Part shown: positions 1 through 7,948 of the stretch, in pieces
Numbering within the stretch: position 1 is the stretch's first letter
How the letters are laid out: every line of letters begins with the position of its first letter
DNA from: a virus
Taxonomy: Duplodnaviria; Caudoviricetes
DNA length: 24,367 nucleotides
IMG/VR virus record: IMGVR_UViG_3300030708_000075
Span: 1 to 24,367 of that record
Reading direction: 5' to 3' (one strand)
Position numbers and translations under genes: made by a program
The notes under the pieces: generated by a model
Seen by the model: the letters and a program-made list of their open reading frames with translations, nothing else
What the model was told of the DNA's origin: nothing
Database searches by the model: none

Positions 1-390
1 ACTAAAGTAGATAGATCTACATATGCAGGATTCTCAAACAAATTATCTAAAGGCACACCTAATCAATATTGGGTAGAGAGATTTATTGATAAAGTAAGAA
101 TACACATTTATCCTACACCAGATTCTACAAATGCATCTAAAGATATGCATTTTTATTTTATAAAAAGAATACAAGATGCAGGAGATTATACAAATGCATC
201 TGATGTGCCATTTAGATTTGTCCCTTGTATGGTATCAGGACTTGCATATTATTTAGCACAAAAGTATCAACCAAATTTAATTCAACCTATGAAGTTGATT
301 TATGAAGATGAATTTGCGAGAGCGTTAGCAGAAGATGGTTCTGCTTCTAGCACGCATATAACACCAAAAGCATATTACCCAGGAGCATAA
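1..390 (+). CDS. Putative head-tail adaptor/connector protein (5'-truncated)
   Basis: Frame is open from base 1 (TKVDRSTYAGFSNKLSKGTPNQYW...YPTPD) and continuous with ORF 145..390; GxPxxY, YPxPD and GLAYYLA pattern resembles phage adaptor proteins. Confidence 0.6.
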   Translation, partial: TKVDRSTYAGFSNKLSKGTPNQYWVERFIDKVRIHIYPTPDSTNASKDMHFYFIKRIQDAGDYTNASDVPFRFVPCMVSGLAYYLAQKYQPNLIQPMKLIYEDEFARALAEDGSASSTHITPKAYYPGA

Positions 391-392
391 TT

Positions 393-602
393 ATGGATGA
401 TGAATTAGATAAAAAAATGAGAGAAGCTTTTGAAAAAGCCTCAGAAGCAGGAGAATTACCTAGAGGAGTAAAAACTTTTGATGATTTTTTAGATTATATT
501 GATAGGTTAAGAGACGCAGATAAAATGGCTATGGGTGGTCAAGTAGGTAAACCCTTAGGACCTGGTGGTGCTAAAAAGAAAAAGAAAAAAGGTAAAAAAT
601 AG
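393..602 (+). CDS. Small hypothetical protein with MAMGG motif and poly-Lys C-terminus
   Basis: 69-aa ORF with GGAG SD upstream, fills the intergenic space; stop overlaps the next GTG start. Confidence 0.75.
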   Translation: MDDELDKKMREAFEKASEAGELPRGVKTFDDFLDYIDRLRDADKMAMGGQVGKPLGPGGAKKKKKKGKK

Positions 603-1096
603 TGGCAAAATACGCAACAGGAAAATATGCACGAGCAATATCAGATAGATCTGGTATGGAGTTTCCATACAAAGAAATGGTCAGAGAGTGGAATGGATCG
701 TTTGTGCATGTATCAGAGTTTGAGCCAAAGCAACCACAATTAGAACCAAAACCTATGAATGGTGATTCTATATCTTTAAGACACGTAAGACCAGATAGAA
801 TAGAAACGTCAGTTCCAAGAATACTACCACTAAACCCATTTACAACAACGAATGGATCTACAACAATATCTGTTAATGAACCAGATCATGGTAGATCTAC
901 AAGTGACAGAGTTAGATTTAGAAATGCAAATGTAGTTGGTGGAGTAGCGGCAGCAACAATAAATTTAGCTGCGGGGTATGTAATTACAAAAGTAGATAAT
1001 GATAATTATACCTTTGCAACAAGCACAACATCTAGTATAACTGAAACAGGAGGAGGGGGCTCTGCATCAGCAGGACCTGTGACGGTAACAGCGTAA
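602..1096 (+). CDS. Virion-associated protein: conserved N-terminal phage domain plus C-terminal Thr-rich beta domain
   Basis: 164 aa, GTG start overlapping upstream TAG; C-terminal PFTTTNG...DHG...D domain is also present in 13021..15201. Confidence 0.65.
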   Translation: MAKYATGKYARAISDRSGMEFPYKEMVREWNGSFVHVSEFEPKQPQLEPKPMNGDSISLRHVRPDRIETSVPRILPLNPFTTTNGSTTISVNEPDHGRSTSDRVRFRNANVVGGVAAATINLAAGYVITKVDNDNYTFATSTTSSITETGGGGSASAGPVTVTA

Positions 1097-1281
1097 TGAA
1101 AAAAATTTGGAATTGGATAAAAAATATTTTTAAACCTCAAAGGCAAGACATACCTGTTGTTTTACATGAAGAGGTAGAAAATGAATATACAAATAAAGAT
1201 GGAAAACCTATTAAATGTGGAACACACAATAGATATAAAAAAAGTTGTCCTATTTGTAAAGAAATAGCAGGAGTAATATAA
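1096..1281 (+). CDS. Small protein with N-terminal amphipathic helix and CxxH-x6-CxxC putative zinc site
   Basis: 61 aa, TAATG overlaps at both ends; MKKIWNWIKNIF and CGTHNRYKKSCPIC. Confidence 0.7.
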   Translation: MKKIWNWIKNIFKPQRQDIPVVLHEEVENEYTNKDGKPIKCGTHNRYKKSCPICKEIAGVI

Positions 1282-1991
1282 TGGCTGGAATAAGTGCATC
1301 AGGATTAAAAACACAAATAAGAAGTTATACTGAAACAGATTCTAATGTCTTAACAGATGCTGTTTTAGAAAATATTATTTTAAATGCACAATATAGAATT
1401 TTTAGAGATGTGCCTATCGATGCAGATAGAAAACAACAACTAGGTAATTTAGTGGCTGGACAAGAATCTATTAACGCTCCAGCAGGATCATTATTTATAA
1501 GAGGTATACAAGTTTATGATACCGCAGGATCAGAAACTACAGGAGCTAATAGATGGTTAGAGAAAAAAGACTACACATACTTACAAGAGTATCAAGATGT
1601 AACAGGAACATCGGCTGCTCAAGGTCAACCTAAATATTATGCTATGTTTGGTGGAGGTACAGGAGAATCAGATACGACATCTGGACGTATAGCTTTTGCT
1701 CCAGTTCCTAATACAACATACAGATTTAGAGTGCATTTTAATAAAATGCCTGACCTTTTAGAGGGTGATGGCACTAATTATATTAGTATGAATTTTACAA
1801 ATGGACTATTATATTGCTGTTTATCAGAGGCGTATGGTTATTTAAAAGGCCCGATAGACATGTTGACTTTGTATGAAAATAAATATAAACAAGAAGTACA
1901 GAAGTTTGCTAACGAGCAAGTTGGTAGAAGACGAAGAGATGACTACACTGATGGCGCTGTTCGTATACCAGTAAACTCAGCAAACCCGTAG
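1281..1991 (+). CDS. Putative head-tail adaptor/tail tubular A-like protein
   Basis: 236 aa, AGGAG SD; GQPKYYA...APVPNTTY...LLYCCLSEAY pattern, similar in layout to the first gene. Confidence 0.6.
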   Translation: MAGISASGLKTQIRSYTETDSNVLTDAVLENIILNAQYRIFRDVPIDADRKQQLGNLVAGQESINAPAGSLFIRGIQVYDTAGSETTGANRWLEKKDYTYLQEYQDVTGTSAAQGQPKYYAMFGGGTGESDTTSGRIAFAPVPNTTYRFRVHFNKMPDLLEGDGTNYISMNFTNGLLYCCLSEAYGYLKGPIDMLTLYENKYKQEVQKFANEQVGRRRRDDYTDGAVRIPVNSANP

Positions 1992-2002
1992 GAGAATAAG
2001 TT

Positions 2003-2455
2003 ATGGCAATATCATCAGCAATATGTTCAAGTTTCAAACAGGAACTTTTACAAGGCAAACATAGTTTTGAATCTTCAGGTGGACACACTTTTAAGATTGC
2101 ATTATTTGATAGTGATGCAAATTTAGGTGCTTCTACAACAGACTATTCAACTTCAGAAGAAATTACTAATACATCAGGTTCTGCATACACTGCAGGTGGA
2201 GCAACTCTTACAAACTCTGGTGTGTCTTTATCTTCAACAACAGCATTTACAGATTTTTCAGATGTCACTTATTCATCTGCATCTTTCACTGCAAATGGTG
2301 CATTAATTTACAATACAACAACAGATGGTGGTTCAAGCACAACTGATGCTGTTTGTGTAATTGCATTTGGCGGTGACAAAACAGCTAGTAATGGAACTTT
2401 TAAAATTGAGTTTCCAGCAGCAGACGCAAGTAACGCGATCATCAGATTAGCATAG
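2003..2455 (+). CDS. Conserved phage virion structural protein
   Basis: 150 aa, AGGAG SD; SFKxELL...FKIAL...YTAGGATL...FGGDKT pattern; Ser/Thr rich. Confidence 0.65.
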   Translation: MAISSAICSSFKQELLQGKHSFESSGGHTFKIALFDSDANLGASTTDYSTSEEITNTSGSAYTAGGATLTNSGVSLSSTTAFTDFSDVTYSSASFTANGALIYNTTTDGGSSTTDAVCVIAFGGDKTASNGTFKIEFPAADASNAIIRLA

Positions 2456-2479
2456 GAGGCCGACCATGTCGGTATCTTC
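2455..2479 (+). promoter_or_regulatory. Hairpin sequestering the SD and start codon of 2466..3395
   Basis: GCCGAC-CAT-GTCGGT stem, extended by GGAG/CTTC pairing; overlaps upstream stop codon TAG 2453-2455. Confidence 0.45.
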
Positions 2480-3395
2480 AGGATGGGGCCGGTTCACCTG
2501 GGGCCAAGCCAACTGGAATGAAGCCGTAACTTTAAAAACAGGTTGGGGCGCACAAGCTTGGAGTGATGGTGAATGGGGAGAACTTAAAGATGCTATCGCA
2601 CTTCCAACAGGTTTATCTATTACATCTAGTGTTGGTTCAGTAGATGTACCTGATCAAATAATTACACCTACAAGTTTTGAAATAACATCATCACAAGGTG
2701 AAGCTTTTATTCCTGTCATGGTAGAGGGAATATCAGCAACATTCTCCATTGGTTCATTATCTGTAGTAGATATGCAGGTAGGATTAACTGGTCAATCTGC
2801 AACAAGTTCTATTGGATCTGTGTCTGTTAATGACATGACTATTGGTCTAACAGGCCAAGAGTTTACTGCAAGTCAAGGAACTGCAAAAGCGCCAAACGAA
2901 ACAGCAATTGTTTCTGGTTTATCAATCACCTCTGCACAAGGAACCGCACAAGGTATATCTTCACAGGAAGCGACACTAACAGGTCAATCAATTAGTGCTA
3001 GCCTTGGTAGTGTTACAATACCAAACGATGTAGTTCAACCATCTGGATTAGAAGCAACATTTAGTCAAGGTTCAATTGTAGGATTAGGTGGTGCTGTTGC
3101 TCAACCAACAGGTCAATCAGCTACAGCATCTGTAGGATCTTTAACGATTGAAGAAGCATTAGGACTAACAGGTCAATCGTTTAGTGCTAGTGTTGGATCT
3201 ATATCTTTAACAGATATTATTATTGGATTACCAAGCCAATCTATAACTACAAGTATTGGAACCGTAAATATATTTGCTTATGGCGATGTTGACACTGGTT
3301 CAAATACGTCATATAGTGATGTTTCAACGGGTTCGAATGACTCTTATTCGGATGTTGCATCTGGATCAAATACAAGTTATAGTGACGCTGCATAG
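2466..3395 (+). CDS. Ser/Thr/Gly-rich repetitive virion protein (fibre/decoration-like)
   Basis: 309 aa; N-terminal WG repeats, many ~19-20 aa TGxSxTxSxGxV repeats, almost no basic residues. Confidence 0.7.
   Translation: MSVSSGWGRFTWGQANWNEAVTLKTGWGAQAWSDGEWGELKDAIALPTGLSITSSVGSVDVPDQIITPTSFEITSSQGEAFIPVMVEGISATFSIGSLSVVDMQVGLTGQSATSSIGSVSVNDMTIGLTGQEFTASQGTAKAPNETAIVSGLSITSAQGTAQGISSQEATLTGQSISASLGSVTIPNDVVQPSGLEATFSQGSIVGLGGAVAQPTGQSATASVGSLTIEEALGLTGQSFSASVGSISLTDIIIGLPSQSITTSIGTVNIFAYGDVDTGSNTSYSDVSTGSNDSYSDVASGSNTSYSDAA
3279..3392 (+). repeat. Coding tandem repeat, ~3.5 x 11 aa (YSDVxxGSNxS)
   Basis: YGDVDTGSNTS-YSDVSTGSNDS-YSDVASGSNTS-YSDAA; 33-nt unit with synonymous divergence. Confidence 0.85.
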
Positions 3396-3405
3396 GAGAT
3401 AAAAT

Positions 3406-4770
3406 ATGGCATCAACATACACACCATTGGGTGTAGAACTTCAAGCAACTGGTGAAAACGCCGGTACATGGGGTACAAAGACTAATACAAATTTACAGCT
3501 TATAGAACAAATAACTGGTGGTTATATACAAAAGTCTATTGCTGGTGGTGCGCAAACTACGGCTCTAGCAGTAAATGATGGTTCTTTAAATGCAGAACTT
3601 GCTCACAGAATGATTGAGTTTACAGGCACCATTACAGGTAATCAAATAGTTACAATCCCTTTAGATGTTCAAACTTTTTATATTTTAAAAAATTCAACTT
3701 CAGGAGCATACACAGTCCAGTTTAAATATGCGTCTGGTTCAGGATCCACATTTACTTTTTCAGCAACAAATAAAAAAACTGCCATTGTTCAAGCAACAGC
3801 AGATGATTCAACAAATCCAAACATAGTAGAAATTCAAACAGGTGGAGATGTTGTAGACGATACATCACCACAATTAGGTGGTGACTTAGACACTAATAGT
3901 TTTAACATAGCATTTGATGATGCACATGGAATAAATGATGAGAATGGTAACGAACAAATAATATTTCAAACAACTAGTTCAGCAGTAAACCAGTTTGATA
4001 TTACAAACGCTGCAACAGGTAATGCACCTAGTTTATCAGCAACTGGAGGAGATTCTAATATAGATGTAGCTATTGTTCCAAAAGGAACTGGTGAAACTAA
4101 AATTGGAACAGGAGCTGCAGCAGCAACTCTAACTTCAAGCGGTGCGTATGATTTAGTTTTAGATACTAATTCAGGAAGTAACTCTGGAACAATCACAATT
4201 ACAGATGGTGCAAATGGAAATATTACAGCGACACCAAATGGAACAGGTCTTGTTGAAATTGGTGGTAATACTAACGCTGGGACTGTTCAATTAAATTGTG
4301 AATCTAACTCTCATGGTATTAAATTACAATCTCCTGCACACTCAGCAGGTCAATCTTATACTTTAATTTTTCCAACAGGTAATGTTACAGCAGATAGATT
4401 TTTAAAAGTAGCGTCAGTATCAGGATCAGGTGCAACAGGTGTTGGTCAGTTATCTTTTGCTGAAGTATCTGGTGGCACGTCATGGCAAGCTGTTAAAACT
4501 TCTGGTTTTACTGCAGTAGCAGGTGAAGGATATTTTTGTAATACAACATCAGGAGCTTTTACAGTAACTTTACCATCATCAGCAACACAAGGTGATGAAG
4601 TTTCAATCATAGATTACGCAGGTACTTTTGATAGTAACAATTTAACAGTAGGAAGAAACTCACACAATATTCAGGGTTCTGCAGCAGATTTAACAGTGTC
4701 AACCGAGAGAGCTGGTTTCACATTGGTTTACGTAGACTCTACTCAAGGTTGGCTATTAAGGGATAAATAA
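3406..4770 (+). CDS. Tail fibre/spike protein
   Basis: 454 aa; N-terminal ATGENAGTWGTKTNTNL anchor, DTSPQLGGDLD shaft motif, PKGTG/PNGTG repeats, C-terminal domain (YFCNTTSGAFTVTLP...GDEVSIID...LVYVD..GW) resembling T4 gp9/gp34-type adaptor domains. Confidence 0.75.
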   Translation: MASTYTPLGVELQATGENAGTWGTKTNTNLQLIEQITGGYIQKSIAGGAQTTALAVNDGSLNAELAHRMIEFTGTITGNQIVTIPLDVQTFYILKNSTSGAYTVQFKYASGSGSTFTFSATNKKTAIVQATADDSTNPNIVEIQTGGDVVDDTSPQLGGDLDTNSFNIAFDDAHGINDENGNEQIIFQTTSSAVNQFDITNAATGNAPSLSATGGDSNIDVAIVPKGTGETKIGTGAAAATLTSSGAYDLVLDTNSGSNSGTITITDGANGNITATPNGTGLVEIGGNTNAGTVQLNCESNSHGIKLQSPAHSAGQSYTLIFPTGNVTADRFLKVASVSGSGATGVGQLSFAEVSGGTSWQAVKTSGFTAVAGEGYFCNTTSGAFTVTLPSSATQGDEVSIIDYAGTFDSNNLTVGRNSHNIQGSAADLTVSTERAGFTLVYVDSTQGWLLRDK

Positions 4771-4772
4771 TA

Positions 4773-5774
4773 ATGGCTGGTTATAAAGAGATAAAAGGGT
4801 TTCAAGTTCAAACCCGTACAGAAGATCCAACTCCAACTGAAGTTCAAACTGGAGATTTTTATTATAACTCTGGGTCAGGACAATTTAGAGTAGTAACTGA
4901 AGGTGGAGCGCCTATTGGAACATGGTCGTCTGGTGGAAATACAAATTTAAAAAGAAGCACTTCAGCTGGAGCAGGAGTTAGTAGCAGTGCAGCTTTACTC
5001 ATGTCAGGTTATGATGGATCAAACCCAACAAACGCTGTAGAACAATATAATGGATCAAGTTGGACAGAAGTTTCTGAGGTAAACACAGGAAGAAGTTATG
5101 TCAGAGGTTGTGGAACATATACCGCTGCTTTATGTACAGGTGGTTCTCCATCATCAGGGTCAGGTAATGAATTATGGAATGGATCAGGTTGGACAGAGGT
5201 TGGAGATTTGAGTAGACCTAATGGTAGATCTGATGGTGGTCAGTTTGGAACTACGGCAGCTGCACTAGCTTTTGGTGGAGAACCTAATTCAGCACTTACA
5301 GAAATATGGGATGGAACAAGCTGGACAGAAGTAAATGACTTAAATACAGCAAGATTTGCTGTGACTGGTTTTGGTACCACCACTGCAGGAGTAGCGGCAA
5401 ATGGAAGAGAACCTAGCGTTTCTTCATCTGCTGAAGATTGGAATGGCACAAGTTGGACAGCAAGTGGAAATTTAAATACTGCTAGAGGTGATGCAAGAGC
5501 TTCTGGAGTAGGACCCGCAACCACTGGAATAATTTTTTCAGGATCTACTGGTAATCATACAAATACGGTAACAAACACAGAATCATATAATGGCTCAACG
5601 TGGTCAGAGGTCGCTGATTTATCATTAGCAAGATATAGAGGAATTGGAGCAGGAACAGCTTCTTCTGCATTAATGTCCACAGGAACTAATCCTGCTGTTA
5701 GTGGTATTAGAACAACAGCTACAGAAGAATGGTCAGCAGCAGAATTTCAAATTAAATCAGTGACACAGAGTTAA
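4773..5774 (+). CDS. Kelch-like beta-propeller protein (one 6-blade propeller), putative fibre tip/adhesin
   Basis: 333 aa; six ~45-aa repeats ExWNGxSWTEVxDLNTxR...AALxxGG. Confidence 0.8.
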   Translation: MAGYKEIKGFQVQTRTEDPTPTEVQTGDFYYNSGSGQFRVVTEGGAPIGTWSSGGNTNLKRSTSAGAGVSSSAALLMSGYDGSNPTNAVEQYNGSSWTEVSEVNTGRSYVRGCGTYTAALCTGGSPSSGSGNELWNGSGWTEVGDLSRPNGRSDGGQFGTTAAALAFGGEPNSALTEIWDGTSWTEVNDLNTARFAVTGFGTTTAGVAANGREPSVSSSAEDWNGTSWTASGNLNTARGDARASGVGPATTGIIFSGSTGNHTNTVTNTESYNGSTWSEVADLSLARYRGIGAGTASSALMSTGTNPAVSGIRTTATEEWSAAEFQIKSVTQS

Positions 5775-5810
5775 TTATGATTTATAAACAAGAAAAAGGA
5801 GGAAGCAACT

Positions 5811-6101
5811 ATGGCATATAAATACTGCACAGCGACTAACTGGGGAAAAAATTTCTTTACTCACGAAGAAAGAAAACATTTTTACCTAAGAGGTCATCCT
5901 GGCGAAGTATGGGTTGTAGGCGACAATCATTACGGTGATGCGTGGATCAGCAAAGTAGATGGTGCTATTAAGACTAAAGACGAAGCACAAGCTATTGTTA
6001 CTGCTCAGATCGAAGCGGCGCAAACTGCTTGGGATGCATTATCGGATGAGGAAAAAGCTGAACCAGGTAATCTCAGACCAGTAGTATATAATCTTCCATA
6101 G
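5811..6101 (+). CDS. Hypothetical protein within propeller cluster
   Basis: 96 aa, strong AAGGAGG SD. Confidence 0.8.
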   Translation: MAYKYCTATNWGKNFFTHEERKHFYLRGHPGEVWVVGDNHYGDAWISKVDGAIKTKDEAQAIVTAQIEAAQTAWDALSDEEKAEPGNLRPVVYNLP

Positions 6102-6110
6102 TCTTAACCT

Positions 6111-7946
6111 ATGGCTAATTATTCGGATATAAAAGGATTTACAGTTCAAACACTGTCAACGGACACTATTGCTAATCAACTAGCAGGTGGCTCGTGGGCA
6201 AGTGGTGGTGCTTTAAATACTGCTAGAGGACAACTTGGTGGTGCTGGAGTACAAACTGCAGCTTTAGGTTTTGGTGGAGACACTAATCCACCCTCTTCAG
6301 GTAGAGATAGGGCAGAAACTGAACAATACGATGGTTCATCATGGACAGAGGTTAATGATTTAAATACTGCTAGAAGAGCAATAGCAGGAGCAGGAGTTTA
6401 CACTGCTGCTTTAGGAATCGCTGGTTATACAACTACATGGTTAAATAACGTAGAATCTTGGGATGGAACTAATTGGACAGAAATAGCAGAGGTAAATAAA
6501 GCTGCAAGCTACAGAGCTGGAATTGGAACTCAAACCAATGCCTTAGCAGTAGGTGGTTCGGCTCCGCCTTCAGGATATGTGGCACAAACTGAAGTTTGGA
6601 ATGGATCAACTTGGACTGAAGTAAATGATCTAAATAGCGCTAGATATGGAGGAGCGGGAGCAGGAATTTACACGGATGCAGTTTTTTTTGGGGGTAGGAT
6701 TTCTACTCCTGCGAGCACTGCAAATACAGAAACTTGGGATGGAACAAGTTGGACAGAGGTAAATAATTTAAACACTGCAAGAGAACATTTAGCTGGTAAT
6801 GGTGATGCTAGCACTTCAGTATTAGCTTATGGTGGAGGTCCTTCAGGTGTAGCAAACACCGAGTCTTGGAATGGAACTTCATGGACAGAACAAAATGATT
6901 TAGGGACTGCTCGTACTATTTTAGCAGGAGCAGGCACATCAGCATCTTCTGCGTTAGCGTTTGGAGGTTATCCTAAAAAAAGTGAAACAGAAGAATTTAC
7001 AGCACCTTCAGATTTTGTTCAACAAGTCGAAGGACAATTATTTTTTAATTCAACAGCAAACGCTTTTAAAGAAACGATAACAGATATACCACCGACAACA
7101 TGGGCAAGCGGTGGTAATTTAAATACTGGCCGAAGTGATGCAAGTGGCGCTGGAATACAAACAGCTTCTTTAATTTTTTCTGGGTCTGTCTCAGGTAGTG
7201 GAACAGGTAAAACAGAACAATATAATGGTAGTTCTTGGACTGAAGTTAACGATTTAAACACATCAAGAGAAAATGGTGCAAATGGAAATGGTTTATCATA
7301 TTCGGCTGCTCTGATGACTACTGGTAATGCCCCACCAGTTGTTGCTAATACAGAATCATGGAATGGATCTAGTTGGACTGAAGTAAATGATGTAAACACA
7401 GGGAGAACTAATTTAGCTTCCTCAGGCTCATCAACAAGTGCAATAGCTAGTGGAGGTAATGTTCCACCACATACCGCTGCTACAGAAATATGGGACGGAT
7501 CAAGTTGGACAGAAACTACTGATTTAAATACTTCAAGATATGTTTGTGAAGGTGCGGGGCAAAGTTCTAGCTCGGCTTTAAACGTGGGAGGTTATACAAA
7601 CACTCGTGTAGATAACGTTGAACAATGGGATGGATCTTCGTGGACTGAAATTGCAGAATTAAATACTACTAGATATAGCGTGGGAATAACTGTGGCTGCT
7701 CCAGTGAATAATGTATTAGTTTTTGGAGGTGAATCACCAAGTCCAACTCCTGGTGAAGTTCACACAGAATTTTGGAATGGAACTTCTTGGACAGAATTAA
7801 ATAATTTATCACAAGCGAGATGGGGTATTACTGGTAGTGGTACAGGTGGTGCTAGCGCGCTAGCCACTGGTGGTAACCAAAGTCCATTAGCTGGAACAGA
7901 AGAATGGACAGCAAGTTTAGCTAACAAAACAATTACAGCGAGTTAA
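6111..7946 (+). CDS. Kelch-like double beta-propeller protein, putative adhesin
   Basis: 611 aa; two sets of six repeats, each starting WASGG and ending TEE[FW]. Confidence 0.8.
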   Translation: MANYSDIKGFTVQTLSTDTIANQLAGGSWASGGALNTARGQLGGAGVQTAALGFGGDTNPPSSGRDRAETEQYDGSSWTEVNDLNTARRAIAGAGVYTAALGIAGYTTTWLNNVESWDGTNWTEIAEVNKAASYRAGIGTQTNALAVGGSAPPSGYVAQTEVWNGSTWTEVNDLNSARYGGAGAGIYTDAVFFGGRISTPASTANTETWDGTSWTEVNNLNTAREHLAGNGDASTSVLAYGGGPSGVANTESWNGTSWTEQNDLGTARTILAGAGTSASSALAFGGYPKKSETEEFTAPSDFVQQVEGQLFFNSTANAFKETITDIPPTTWASGGNLNTGRSDASGAGIQTASLIFSGSVSGSGTGKTEQYNGSSWTEVNDLNTSRENGANGNGLSYSAALMTTGNAPPVVANTESWNGSSWTEVNDVNTGRTNLASSGSSTSAIASGGNVPPHTAATEIWDGSSWTETTDLNTSRYVCEGAGQSSSSALNVGGYTNTRVDNVEQWDGSSWTEIAELNTTRYSVGITVAAPVNNVLVFGGESPSPTPGEVHTEFWNGTSWTELNNLSQARWGITGSGTGGASALATGGNQSPLAGTEEWTASLANKTITAS

Positions 7947-7948
7947 TT

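Noticed and set aside
145-390. ATG 145 as the true start of the first gene
   Set aside because: The frame is open back to base 1 with conserved-looking motifs, so the gene begins upstream of the window.
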